64,000 bases of DNA. Source: a virus. The stretch is from positions 32,001-96,000 of IMG/VR virus record IMGVR_UViG_3300049929_000026. One strand, given 5' to 3'. The notes below the pieces were generated by a model, which worked only from the letters and a program-made list of their open reading frames with translations, was not told the origin of the DNA and ran no database searches. This document shows, piece by piece, positions 9,072 through 18,676 of this stretch. The position numbers were made by a program, and so were the translations under genes. How positions within the stretch are numbered: position 1 is the first letter of the stretch; each line of letters begins with the position of its first letter.

Positions 9072-9398
9072 TCAGCGCTGCGTGACATCCAGCCGATATG
9101 TGATGTCGTCGCCCGCCCCGAGCTGGGTGGAGAATCGGCAGCGAACGTAGGTCGGGCCCGGCACCCCCTTGCCTTGGGCGCGAAACGTTAGCCCGTAGAG
9201 CGTGCCCGAGATTAGCCCCAGCGATTGCTGGCTGATTGTCACGAGCGACAAGGCAGCCGCCTGCGTTGACGTGCTCTCAACCTCAAGCGCAGTTGCTGAT
9301 GTCACCGAGTCACCGGCCGCTACTTGGATCCGAAACGTGTACGGCTTGCCAGTGGGCTCGTCAGCGTCGAGTGATTCGGAGAATTTAGAATATCCCAT
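9072..9398 (-). CDS. Small virion/tail-associated protein
   Basis: MGYSKF start overlaps upstream stop; beta-rich; last gene of the fibre cluster. Confidence 0.55.
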   Translation of the reverse strand: MGYSKFSESLDADEPTGKPYTFRIQVAAGDSVTSATALEVESTSTQAAALSLVTISQQSLGLISGTLYGLTFRAQGKGVPGPTYVRCRFSTQLGAGDDITYRLDVTQR

Positions 9399-11545
9399 CA
9401 GCCAACCTTGATGATTTGGGTGTTGCGGCCGATGCCGGTGCCGTCGATGATCGCGGTGCAGCGAGGGAGCGGCGCCGACGAAAACGGAAACCCGGGCCGC
9501 GCCACGAGGACCGCGCCGCACGCAAGCCCCGCACCCAGCGAACCAATCCCGGTCAAGCCGCCGAAGCACGAAGCGCTACCGCCCAGGCCCGCGCTCGGGC
9601 TGCCCGCGACGACGTTTCCGCTACAGCTGCCGCCGCACGCGAGCGCGACCAGCAGGTTACCTGTACCCGTGACACCAGCCGTGACGACAGCGCCGCCAGA
9701 GAGCACAGCGCCGACGGCGCCGAGCCCGATGAGCGTTCCGGCTAGGGCCGCGCCTCCGGTGAGGTTCGCTGTCGAGCTGCCCGACGGCGTGAGGTTGCCA
9801 GTCGTGCTCGCGCCGCCGCTCAGGCTGGCCGCCAGCGCGCCTTTACCTGTGATCGTGCCTGAACACGTGGCGCCAGCCGTGAGAGAGGTGGTGAGCGTGC
9901 CGAGGGCCGCAGCGGTCCCCGAAAGCGTAGCGCTCGCCGAAAGCGTAGCGCCGAGAGTCCCGAGTCCAGTCAGGCCTCCCGTTAGCGAAGCTCCCGCCGC
10001 GCAGGACGCGCCCAGCACCCCGATCCCCGCCAACGTGCCCGACAGCGATGCCCCCGCCGTGAGGCTCGCTGTGGAACTCCCGGACGGCACTAGGTTGCCG
10101 GTGAGGGATGCGCTCGTCGAGAGCGTCGCTCCCAAGCTACCGAGTCCCGTTGCCGTGCCCGTGAGTGTTGCGCCGCCTGTGCACGAAGCGCCGAGAGCTC
10201 CCGCGCCGGTGATGGTCGCCGATACCGACGCGCTACCGATACAGTTCGCGCTGAGCGCGAGGGTGGCAGCAATCGAGGCGCCACCGGTCAGGGTCGCGGC
10301 GAGCGCGCCTTTCCCAGCTAGCGTGCCCGTAGCAGCCGCTCCCGCAGCCAACGAGGCGCTGAGCGTACCTAGGCCCGTGTCCGTGCCGCTAAGGGTAGCT
10401 CCGCCAGCAAGCGAAGCCCCGAGCGCTCCGAGACCCGTGGTCGTAGCAGTGACGGTAGCTCCGCCGGCGCATGTCGCGGCAAGTGCGCCTAGGCCGGTGA
10501 TGGTCGCCGAGAGGGACGCGCTACATGCAAGCGTAGCGCTAAGGGGGCCCATAGCAGCGTTGGCGAACGAACCAACCGAACTCGGCGGCCAGAACGGCGG
10601 GAGATTACGACTCCAGACCCCTGGCACCGTGACGGGGGTTGTCGATGGCCCGAGGCTGGCCGCGGCCGGCTGCGTAAGCGTCCCGGAAACCGTCGCGCCA
10701 CCGCCGAGTGAGGCGCCAAGCGCTCCGGTGCCGACGAGTGTACCAGTAACAGATGCCCCGGCATTGAGTGTCGCGGCGCTAGCCTGGAGGCTCGCCGCGT
10801 TGGCGAACGAACCAACCGAACTCGGCGGCCAGAACGGCGGCACGGTGCGATTGAAGACACCGGGACGCGCGGGAAGGATTAGTTGCGCTCGCGATGTTGC
10901 TGCCGGAAAACCCGGATCGTCCGCTACGTCAGTCGGTGTGCCCGTGAGCGTGAAATTATTCCCGGCGCCAGAGGCATCCGTCGCGACCGACGCCGTCGCA
11001 GTGCAAGCGCTGTAAAACCACGCATTCGCCGACGTTACGAGCGCGCGTGCGGCCGCTTCGCCCTGGATTTCCGCAACAGATTTAGCCGCATTCCAGTAGA
11101 CGATCTTGCCAATGCGCATCGTCCCGGTCGAACTGGGATGGTCTAGATCCCATTGCCCAATACCAATCGTCGTCGGCGAAAAAGTCGCTATGCCTTGCTG
11201 TAGTGGCCCGTTCCACGTGCTGCCGCTCGCGAGCTTCCAATAAACGTCAGTGGTCGAACCGTTGGGTCTCCAACAAACATCAATCCACGTGCCCGCGGAG
11301 CTCGCGGCGTTGACAGCGTCATTGAAGCTGCCCGTGTATAACCGTAGGTCTCCTCCGCCGCCTTCGTTAAAATAGAGCAGCCACGGGTCGGTGGCATCGC
11401 CGACCGTCGTGGCTACGCCGTAGGTTCCGGCATTGGCCGTATTTTTGATCCGAATAAAGCCGGAGAACGCCGTGAACGCAGTCGTCCACGAGCGCGACAT
11501 ATTCGGCGAACCGCCGGAGCATGCAAATTCGACTGATCCGGCCAT
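9398..11545 (-). CDS. Putative virion protein: LamG-like N-terminus plus Gly/Ala/Thr/Ser repeats
   Basis: Beta-rich N-terminus ending DASGAGNNFTL; many repeats of G.GALxAxxxGGAxxxGT. Confidence 0.65.
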   Translation of the reverse strand: MAGSVEFACSGGSPNMSRSWTTAFTAFSGFIRIKNTANAGTYGVATTVGDATDPWLLYFNEGGGGDLRLYTGSFNDAVNAASSAGTWIDVCWRPNGSTTDVYWKLASGSTWNGPLQQGIATFSPTTIGIGQWDLDHPSSTGTMRIGKIVYWNAAKSVAEIQGEAAARALVTSANAWFYSACTATASVATDASGAGNNFTLTGTPTDVADDPGFPAATSRAQLILPARPGVFNRTVPPFWPPSSVGSFANAASLQASAATLNAGASVTGTLVGTGALGASLGGGATVSGTLTQPAAASLGPSTTPVTVPGVWSRNLPPFWPPSSVGSFANAAMGPLSATLACSASLSATITGLGALAATCAGGATVTATTTGLGALGASLAGGATLSGTDTGLGTLSASLAAGAAATGTLAGKGALAATLTGGASIAATLALSANCIGSASVSATITGAGALGASCTGGATLTGTATGLGSLGATLSTSASLTGNLVPSGSSTASLTAGASLSGTLAGIGVLGASCAAGASLTGGLTGLGTLGATLSASATLSGTAAALGTLTTSLTAGATCSGTITGKGALAASLSGGASTTGNLTPSGSSTANLTGGAALAGTLIGLGAVGAVLSGGAVVTAGVTGTGNLLVALACGGSCSGNVVAGSPSAGLGGSASCFGGLTGIGSLGAGLACGAVLVARPGFPFSSAPLPRCTAIIDGTGIGRNTQIIKVG
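10557..10840. repeat. Perfect 44-bp direct repeat (10557-10600 and 10797-10840)
   Basis: GCGTTGGCGAACGAACCAACCGAACTCGGCGGCCAGAACGGCGG twice, 240 bp apart; encodes PPFWPPSSVGSFANA. Confidence 0.9.
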
Positions 11546-12154
11546 TTACATCGTGTCCAGAAACGCGCTCACGATTTCTGCAATGCGCTCATAACCGGGA
11601 TTTTTGAAGTGGATGGTATCGAAATAGACAGCTGGGTCGAAGCCGACAAATAACGGATCGTTTCCCACATCTACAAATCCACTGGCCCAAGCGTGATCAT
11701 TGGCGAGCAGAGAATTGAACGAGATTCGAATCGATTCAGTGCTTGGCGCGTTGTTAGCCGGAGTGCTGTTTAGCACGAGCAGTTCCCAGCCCGGAAACGT
11801 CGCGGCGTTGGTTGCGTAGTCCTTATAGTGCTGCAGGCCGACCGCGTCCGTAACGGTCGGCTGGTTCTTCTGCATGTCGTTGATAAACTCCCACATCACG
11901 ACGATATTGCGCTTCGTCCCGCTCTTGAGCGGATTGACGACCGTCGAGAATTCAGCGGTCAGCGCCGGAGTCTCAATGCCGCTCGTTCCCGCGTTGGTGA
12001 TCGTGTCACTTGGACGTAGCGTCGCGAGCGCCGCCGGGTATGGTATCGAAGCCGACGCGCCCGCGGTTAGAGAGTTGCCATGGCAGACGATGTTCTTCGG
12101 GCGAAGATCACGCGCATTGCTGGCCGCCCCGTGCATCGCGCCTCGTATCGGCAT
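11546..12154 (-). CDS. SGNH/GDSL-family hydrolase
   Basis: Blocks HGNSLTAG, NAGTSG, EFINDM, DTIHF; start at MPIRG after GGAG. Confidence 0.85.
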   Translation of the reverse strand: MPIRGAMHGAASNARDLRPKNIVCHGNSLTAGASASIPYPAALATLRPSDTITNAGTSGIETPALTAEFSTVVNPLKSGTKRNIVVMWEFINDMQKNQPTVTDAVGLQHYKDYATNAATFPGWELLVLNSTPANNAPSTESIRISFNSLLANDHAWASGFVDVGNDPLFVGFDPAVYFDTIHFKNPGYERIAEIVSAFLDTM

Positions 12155-12168
12155 TGCCGCGTCTCCCT

Positions 12169-12726
12169 TTACGGGGCGCCCAGATTGATCGGGATAAACT
12201 GGTGGACCTGGATGCTGTTGGCGTTGCTCGTGCCCCAGGTCGCAAAGAAATCGAGCTTCTGGGCCGCGGTCTCGTCGAAGCCCGTGCCAACAGCAGGAGC
12301 ACTCGCGGGCATCAGCAGCGTCTTTGCTTCGCCGGCAACCGTCGTGGCCCCTGCAGCCTCCGACGTAAACAAGCCCTGGTGCATAAAGTTCGCTGCCGTG
12401 CCGCCGCCGGTGGCGCGCAACGTGAGCAACCATTCCATGTACCAAGACACGTTGGTTTTCGCGGTTGAGCTCAGCGTCATGGCGCCGCTGGTCGCGACTA
12501 CGACAGAGCCGAGACGCAGGTCCAAGGTGAGAGTGCCCGGAGTCGTTACTGTGGTAATGCGCCCGGCAGCACGCACGAGCAAAGAGTTGCCAGGCTGCCC
12601 AAACCACTCTGTAGGGAACGTCCACAGCGCACCCAGCGGGAGCAGGCTAGTGGGGGTCGTACTTGCCGTGAGAGCAGTCCCATCTACCTTCGAGGCGATA
12701 GCGACTGCACAGTATCCTGATTGCAT
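12169..12726 (-). CDS. Hypothetical virion protein
   Basis: Beta-rich 185 aa in the tail gene cluster; AAGGA RBS. Confidence 0.6.
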   Translation of the reverse strand: MQSGYCAVAIASKVDGTALTASTTPTSLLPLGALWTFPTEWFGQPGNSLLVRAAGRITTVTTPGTLTLDLRLGSVVVATSGAMTLSSTAKTNVSWYMEWLLTLRATGGGTAANFMHQGLFTSEAAGATTVAGEAKTLLMPASAPAVGTGFDETAAQKLDFFATWGTSNANSIQVHQFIPINLGAP

Positions 12727-12747
12727 TCTGGTCCTTCTTTCTCTGGA

Positions 12748-13146
12748 TCACGTTGCCGTGAATTGAATTTGAAACTTCGGCGCATGGTCCTCGGGCGCGC
12801 CGTTCGGCAGTACGCCCAAGCTCTCGACGGTCAGCCCTTCCCAAACGGGCATGAGGCGGCGGCGCATCTCTTCAAATGAAGGCTGCTCGGGGAATTCGAA
12901 CTCTTGGACGTGCTCGATGATCGCGCCGTCCTTGAGTGCTTGAACTTCGAAATCGAAGGGACTAGGTACCTCGGTGCTGCCTGCGCAACGCTTGTAGGGG
13001 CGCGGCGCAGGCAGCCAAAATGCGATCCGCAACGTCACCGGGTGACCCGCAACACCAGCCGCGCCAGTAGCGGTCCATGCGAGCGCCGCGATCGGACCTT
13101 CGGAGCTGCCGACGAGAATGATCTTGCGAAGTTCGAGCGGGTTCAT
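12748..13146 (-). CDS. Hypothetical protein
   Basis: ORF from MNPLELR in operon order. Confidence 0.55.
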   Translation of the reverse strand: MNPLELRKIILVGSSEGPIAALAWTATGAAGVAGHPVTLRIAFWLPAPRPYKRCAGSTEVPSPFDFEVQALKDGAIIEHVQEFEFPEQPSFEEMRRRLMPVWEGLTVESLGVLPNGAPEDHAPKFQIQFTAT

Positions 13147-13153
13147 GGTTCGC

Positions 13154-13582
13154 TCAGGCGATGGTGCAGGACAAACCTGACGCTGCGAACTGGGGCGTAA
13201 TCCCGCTCGAAACCGATAGCGATGACGTGGTCGCGCCAGCAACCCACAGCGAGCCAGTGCCCGAAGTGAGCGTGCCCAGGCCCACGTTGGTGACGGTGCT
13301 AGAGCTGCCCGTGCAAGCCGGGAACGAGATGGTCGCGACGTTGGTCACGACGCCAGCCGTGCTCGACCAGCCACCGCTCGTGCGAGCGACTCCGACGCGC
13401 GTGTAGCTCGTGTAAGCTGCCTCGCTCGTGGTCTGATTGCCAGCGGAAGGGTCAGCCGTATGCAGGCTCACGAACACGTTCGTGATCGGAGAGGTCGCGG
13501 CGTTATCGGCCACGTTGGCGATTGCGGTCGCCTGGAACAAGAGGATGGCGAGCGTATTGCGGAACGTAGTTGCGAAAGCCAT
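13154..13582 (-). CDS. Small phage tail/fibre-associated protein
   Basis: VSLHTADP..EAAYTSYTRVGV..ISFP..GITPQFA pattern common in small phage tail proteins. Confidence 0.7.
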   Translation of the reverse strand: MAFATTFRNTLAILLFQATAIANVADNAATSPITNVFVSLHTADPSAGNQTTSEAAYTSYTRVGVARTSGGWSSTAGVVTNVATISFPACTGSSSTVTNVGLGTLTSGTGSLWVAGATTSSLSVSSGITPQFAASGLSCTIA

Positions 13583-13585
13583 GGT

Positions 13586-14029
13586 TCAGACCGTCTTTCC
13601 TGCGGCTTGTGCCGCTTCTGCTGCTGTGGAGATGGGCAGCAAAAGCGCTGCGCCGATGACGCCGTGCGAGACGGCGTGGAGAGTGATTGGTGCGTCTTTG
13701 CCGGCTTCGAATGCGGCAGAGAACGCAGCGGCGATCGCGTCGAAGTCGGCGCTATCGCTCAGCGCGAGATGCTCGCAGGCCAGTACATGACCGGGCTGCG
13801 CCTCGCCCTTCGCGCCAGCGATAAAACACTCATGCAGCGATTTGATCAGAAACGCGCGCGCGTCCTCGACTGCAATGTCGTTGCCGAGCATCGACGGATC
13901 GTCGCCGCTCCAGCCGAGTTTCGAGGCCAGCTCCACGCCAGCAGCAAAGAAGTCTTCTTGCTTTCCCGCGCTCTGCACGTGGCCGTGAGGGCTCGCCCCC
14001 GGTGGTTTCTTTTTCAGTACAACGGGCAT
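13586..14029 (-). CDS. Hypothetical protein
   Basis: 147 aa; AGAAGGA RBS. Confidence 0.6.
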   Translation of the reverse strand: MPVVLKKKPPGASPHGHVQSAGKQEDFFAAGVELASKLGWSGDDPSMLGNDIAVEDARAFLIKSLHECFIAGAKGEAQPGHVLACEHLALSDSADFDAIAAAFSAAFEAGKDAPITLHAVSHGVIGAALLLPISTAAEAAQAAGKTV

Positions 14030-14180
14030 ACGTGTCCTTCTGCGGAGCGAAGTCCGCGGTTATCTGTGGCGGCCGAGCAGAGCTCGGCCTCTGCAGACCG
14101 AAGTCCGCGGTTGTCTTTCGCAGCGCGTTGGCTGCGGTCGGTCTTGTGATATTGCTCGCTGCTCAGCGAGGCGAGTAGCG
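14030..14180 (-). promoter_or_regulatory. Structured leader with tandem hairpins
   Basis: CGAAGTCCGCGGTTRTCT twice on +; on -, AGAY..ACCGC plus stem-loop three times, two with TTCG loops. Confidence 0.5.
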
Positions 14181-14422
14181 ACTACTGTTCTTCTTTAGCG
14201 ACTTGCCGAGCCTGCAGAATTGGCCGCATCAGCCGCGACAGCTGCGTAGCGAGACCGGGGAGGTCTTTCCCTTGCAGCGTCGCGATGGGCTTGAACACTG
14301 CCCACGTGACGTCGTCGAACGTCACTGCGGCGCCCTCAGCTGCCCCATCGAGCGTGGCGGAGATGAGCGGGGGGGGGGGCGGGAAACCTGGCCGCGCGAA
14401 ATGGGCCCCCAATTCGCGCGGC

Positions 14423-14521
14423 TTGACACTCGGCCCCGCCTCCCCGTAGCTTTACAAGTGCACCCCGCGTCAGCGCTAACTGACCGAGGTGCGTGGCCAA
14501 ACCTGTTTGAGAGGTTCGACG
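14423..14521 (+). promoter_or_regulatory. Sigma70-type promoter plus hairpin leader motif, copy 5
   Basis: TTGACA-N18-TAGCTT, then GCACCCCG..CGAGGTGC stem and TGGCCAAACCTGTTTGAGAGGTTCGACG. Confidence 0.7.
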
Positions 14522-14818
14522 ATGAACAATAATCAGGAGTGCAGGGAAACGTCTATTGAGAATACGGCGCTGCGTCGCGGTTGCAGCTGGCTCGCGGTGG
14601 TCGTTCTATTCGGCTGCTCTGCCGCGCCTCCGCCATCGCCGCTCTGTCCTACGGCACAGGCGCCCGCGATGCCCATCGCGAAGGCGATCGTCGCCGACTC
14701 GTGGCCTAGGTCCAGTGCGCCCGCATGGGAAGACCCGTGGACCGTCGTCCGCACGCCGCAGAGCGACACCTATTCGGTTCCGCCGCGCAAACCAATCAAA
14801 CACAGTTCGCTCTACTGA
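14522..14818 (+). CDS. Putative small lipoprotein (moron)
   Basis: WLAVVVLFGC lipobox, Pro-rich; own promoter and RBS. Confidence 0.55.
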   Translation: MNNNQECRETSIENTALRRGCSWLAVVVLFGCSAAPPPSPLCPTAQAPAMPIAKAIVADSWPRSSAPAWEDPWTVVRTPQSDTYSVPPRKPIKHSSLY

Positions 14819-14938
14819 GGGAATAGACGATGTCCAATTTACACGAACCGCCGAAGTTGATCCGCTCCGCCTTCAATGCGCTTTGGCGATTGCTGAAGCC
14901 GAGTACGTTGTGGAAGTACCCAGCGCCTGAGTCCTCCT

Positions 14939-17900
14939 CTAAACCAGCGTGCCCGACCGGACCTGATGCCAAGTCGTAGCAGCCTGATTCACGACAAGTT
15001 CCACCCAGGTCTTAGATGACGCGGGCAGCACAAGGGTCCCGCCGTCAACGCCGGTGAACGTCCAGGTGAACGCGACGCTGTTCGGGTTCTCGAGTCGCAG
15101 GCCGTCGCCCGCCATGGCGTTCGTGAGCGCGATTGTGATCGCTCGGTTCGCGGTCGCCGCCGCAAGCTTTCGCACGCTGCCTTGGCTGATGTCGATCGTC
15201 GCGTCCGCGTTGGCCAGCGCGATCGGCTCTGCTCCCCAATTGGGAACGGCGCGCAGCCCAGGGTCAACGCCGAGCACGAGCTGCCAGAGACACGACCCGT
15301 CCGTCGCAAACTCGCCCGGCTGTGTGACGCCGACCGGGCCGCCGCTCGCAGCGCTTGTGCCGCTTGGCAACACCATCATCCAATATTGGCCGTTTGCCGT
15401 GACCAGCGCGCCGCGCGCGTAAACATGGCTCCCGGTCCAGGCGCTGAACGCACCAGAGCCACCGATGACGCCTTGCTGTGCCGCGACGATCGCAAGTCGC
15501 CGCGCGTCGTTACCCACCCAAGGCATGTAGTCCCCGGGCTGAAAAAGGCCGGCACTCGGAATTGCGGAGACCGCCTTGAGCACTGACTCAAGGCCAACGC
15601 CGCCGAAAGATGCGCCAGTCAATATCCCGTTTGAGAACAACCGCGTTGCACCTCGGATCCCGAAGTGCTGCGCGTACTCTAAATCAACCGAGCCGCTGAG
15701 CACGCGAGTAGCAACGCGACCCATAGTCTGGATGCCGGGACTCGCCTGGCTGCGCTGCTCCTCGAGCACGGTGCCTGTGGCGACCGTGCCGCCGTCGATG
15801 TACCCGCCCCAAGTATCACTCTTTACACCGTTAGTGCTTGTGTATGCGGCAGTTGGCTGCGCGTAGCATTGCCACGTGACCGTGTTGTCTGTGTTGGTTT
15901 TTCCTGGGACGGTGGTCCACTTTGGCTCAGTCCCTCCGGACGTTCCGGCCGACGCCTGATACGCCATGCCGTTCGGCACGGTCGGACAAACCAGCGCGCC
16001 TGCAGCGTAAACGGTCGACGCTGCCCAGATCGCCACCGTGATATGTGCGTCAACATCCCGCACGTAGCCCGGCGAATCGTAGGGCGTCGAGAGCCCGAAG
16101 TTGTAGCGTTTGGCGTTCGATCCCGCACGCAGCAGGCCGCCAAGGTTGCCGCCGACAATGTATCCCGGAGCATTCCAGTCCGTGTCACTCGGCGCAGTGC
16201 CGCCGCCTTCCATGTAACACTCGCGCAAAACAGAGCTGCTCTGCACTGAGTTTGATTTTTGATTTTGATAGCGCTTATACCCGGCGCAGTCCATGTGTTC
16301 GAGGGCTACGCCGTAGAACGAGTTGTCCTGCACGAGGCAGCCGCCCGCTCCGGGGAATCCGCCTTCGCTCTGGCAGTTACTCAGCTTGCAGAGGTTCGCG
16401 TCCGCGCCGACGAAAACGAAGTCGTGCCCGAAGTTCAGGCTAGTTTCCCAGTGGCTCCCTTTCGACGAATCACAGTTGCCGCCCGTGTTGGTCGAATTTC
16501 CGTCGAAGTACACACCGCTGCCGCGGAAGCCCTTGGCTTGGCAATGCTCGGACGTGCCTTGCTGCGTGATCACGATGCCCGCGCCATCGACGAAGTCTTG
16601 ATCGGCGCAAGTCCAGGTGTTGCCGTTGTCCGCGGTCGTGCCGCCATTCGCGCGGCCCCACGTTGCAGGCTCCGTCGCGCCCGTGGTGCCGCCGCTCCAC
16701 CTGTACACCTTACCCGTGATCTTCGCGGCACTCGGAACAACCCAGGTACCCGCCGGATATGCCGCATTTGCGGTCCAGACTCCAGCAAGCAGCACGTTGT
16801 ACCGCAGCCGCAGGTCGTTCACCGTGTAGTGTCGGTTCGCTGGGATCGTTGATCCGTTCGACTGGAACGATACGCCTTCGAGATGGTAATTGGCGCTCGC
16901 TGGGCCGGCGATGCCAGCGGTCCACGTGATTGCGCCGTCGGTGGTCGTGTGCCCCGAAACTGTGTCCCATGCGGGATCGCCACCGGTTCCTGTCGCGCCC
17001 CACGCTGCGCCGCCTGAGATGGCGGTGGCCTTGAAAGAAACGCTTGCGGCGCTGCGCACCGACTCGAGCACCACATCACCCACGCGGTAGAGCGTACCGG
17101 GTTGGCGGATCTGCCCCTGGATGTACGAACTGACCGTGAAGCCGCACCCATCACGGAACAGCAACTGACTGCTCGCCCCAGCGGCCGCGCGGTTCGATCC
17201 CACCAAATGCGAGCGATTGCGCATGTGCAGATCGCCTGTCACATAATAGACACCGGTGGCAAGGAGCAGCTGACCGCTGTTGACGCCAAGCGCGAGTTCT
17301 GCGTTTTCGAACGGGAGCTTGTTGCAAATCTCGAACTGCGCAGCAGTCACAGCGTTGACGAGCGCCGGTGAAACCGTGGCGGCCAAACCATTGAGTGCCG
17401 TGATCTGCGTTCGGATACCGTTCTTCGCAGCTGACGCTGGGGCCGTCGCAGGCAACCCTGGTGGGGGAGTCGCTGCCGTCGCAGTGACGAGTTTGAACGA
17501 CATGGGGAATCGCAGATAGCTAGTGGTCTCGAAGACCTCTGGGTTCGCATTGAACCCGCCCGCGTAGTTGTATGCACCAGAACCGTCAAGCTGCACGTAG
17601 ACTAGGTATTTGTACGCGCCAGGCACGGCAGCGGCCCACACCTCGACGCACGTGTCGAAGCGATTGGACGCGGTATTGTTGATCCCGATCGCGGCATTCG
17701 CGTTCGTGATCGTCGTCGCTGAGCTTGCGGCGGTGTACCCGTAAGACCCGGTGAGGGCCACGATTTTGACGCTCACCGTACGGGACCCGGTGACACCCTG
17801 CGCGGCGACAGTCGGAGCAGCTGGCGTGGTCATCCCGTGATCTGCGCCGCCGCCAAGTACAAGAGCCCAGTTTCCGACCACAAAAAGAGACCGCGCTGCG

Positions 17901-18676
17901 AGCGTGAGAGCCGCGCCAGAACCTGTTGCTGTGGTCGAGAAGTAACCGTTCGGGTTGCCGTTATACTCGCGGATATCCACGCGATCATGGTCGACAGTGT
18001 TGCGTCCGTTTGACGGGTCTTGGAGAATCGTCGCGCCCTTGTGCTGCGTGAGCGACTGCGCCGGCAGCGTAGTTCCGAGCGCGTCTTGAAGCAGCGAAGG
18101 CGTCGCCAGCTTGTTCCACGTTTTGGCTCCCGCGAGCGTAACGCCCACGCTCTGGAACCACACAGAGCCGGCGCCAAGCGTGCCGCCGAGCACTGCTTGA
18201 CCGGTCTGCCCCAACGCCGCAGCCACCATCACGTCAGAATTGTAGTAGCTCGGCCGCGTCCACGCTCCGGCGTTCGGCGTCCAGTATCCGTTCTGCGATG
18301 CCGTCGTCTGCGCGGTGCACAGCACATCACCCGTAACCGTATTGCTCGCCACACCATCTACCGTGACGATGCCGGTTAGAACAATGTTCGAGGTGGCGAC
18401 GAGGGCGGGGGCAGGGATGGCGCCGCCGCCAAGGCCGGAAGACACCGACCAGTCACTGTTTGTCAGGCCAGCACCCAGCACGTAAAACGTGCCATCATTG
18501 GCGCGCACGAGCATCCCTTGCTTGCGGGAGCTGACGGGGATGCCGTCGCGCTCGGTCGTATCGACGACCGCGGCGTATCCACCGAGAATAGCCGCAGCTC
18601 GAGCGACTGGCGAAGCATCATTCGGCACGCCCATCGGCGCGATGAGTAGAAAATCTCCGGGCTGCGTGATTGACAT
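14939..18676 (-). CDS. Tail fibre/tailspike with repeated carbohydrate-binding-like modules
   Basis: 1245 aa; four W..Y..G..V..G.T.D...TW modules; beta-helix-like central region. Confidence 0.8.
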   Translation of the reverse strand: MSITQPGDFLLIAPMGVPNDASPVARAAAILGGYAAVVDTTERDGIPVSSRKQGMLVRANDGTFYVLGAGLTNSDWSVSSGLGGGAIPAPALVATSNIVLTGIVTVDGVASNTVTGDVLCTAQTTASQNGYWTPNAGAWTRPSYYNSDVMVAAALGQTGQAVLGGTLGAGSVWFQSVGVTLAGAKTWNKLATPSLLQDALGTTLPAQSLTQHKGATILQDPSNGRNTVDHDRVDIREYNGNPNGYFSTTATGSGAALTLAARSLFVVGNWALVLGGGADHGMTTPAAPTVAAQGVTGSRTVSVKIVALTGSYGYTAASSATTITNANAAIGINNTASNRFDTCVEVWAAAVPGAYKYLVYVQLDGSGAYNYAGGFNANPEVFETTSYLRFPMSFKLVTATAATPPPGLPATAPASAAKNGIRTQITALNGLAATVSPALVNAVTAAQFEICNKLPFENAELALGVNSGQLLLATGVYYVTGDLHMRNRSHLVGSNRAAAGASSQLLFRDGCGFTVSSYIQGQIRQPGTLYRVGDVVLESVRSAASVSFKATAISGGAAWGATGTGGDPAWDTVSGHTTTDGAITWTAGIAGPASANYHLEGVSFQSNGSTIPANRHYTVNDLRLRYNVLLAGVWTANAAYPAGTWVVPSAAKITGKVYRWSGGTTGATEPATWGRANGGTTADNGNTWTCADQDFVDGAGIVITQQGTSEHCQAKGFRGSGVYFDGNSTNTGGNCDSSKGSHWETSLNFGHDFVFVGADANLCKLSNCQSEGGFPGAGGCLVQDNSFYGVALEHMDCAGYKRYQNQKSNSVQSSSVLRECYMEGGGTAPSDTDWNAPGYIVGGNLGGLLRAGSNAKRYNFGLSTPYDSPGYVRDVDAHITVAIWAASTVYAAGALVCPTVPNGMAYQASAGTSGGTEPKWTTVPGKTNTDNTVTWQCYAQPTAAYTSTNGVKSDTWGGYIDGGTVATGTVLEEQRSQASPGIQTMGRVATRVLSGSVDLEYAQHFGIRGATRLFSNGILTGASFGGVGLESVLKAVSAIPSAGLFQPGDYMPWVGNDARRLAIVAAQQGVIGGSGAFSAWTGSHVYARGALVTANGQYWMMVLPSGTSAASGGPVGVTQPGEFATDGSCLWQLVLGVDPGLRAVPNWGAEPIALANADATIDISQGSVRKLAAATANRAITIALTNAMAGDGLRLENPNSVAFTWTFTGVDGGTLVLPASSKTWVELVVNQAATTWHQVRSGTLV

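Noticed and set aside
10557-10840. DGR template/variable repeat pair
   Set aside because: Copies are identical with no adenine-specific differences, and no reverse transcriptase is in the window
9408-11015. Long + strand ORF (and other long antisense ORFs such as 51943-52971 and 39787-40560)
   Set aside because: Shadow frames of GC-rich minus-strand genes
14048-14116. 18-bp direct repeats as a second CRISPR array
   Set aside because: Too short, only two close copies, each part of a hairpin, and unrelated to the Cas12f repeat
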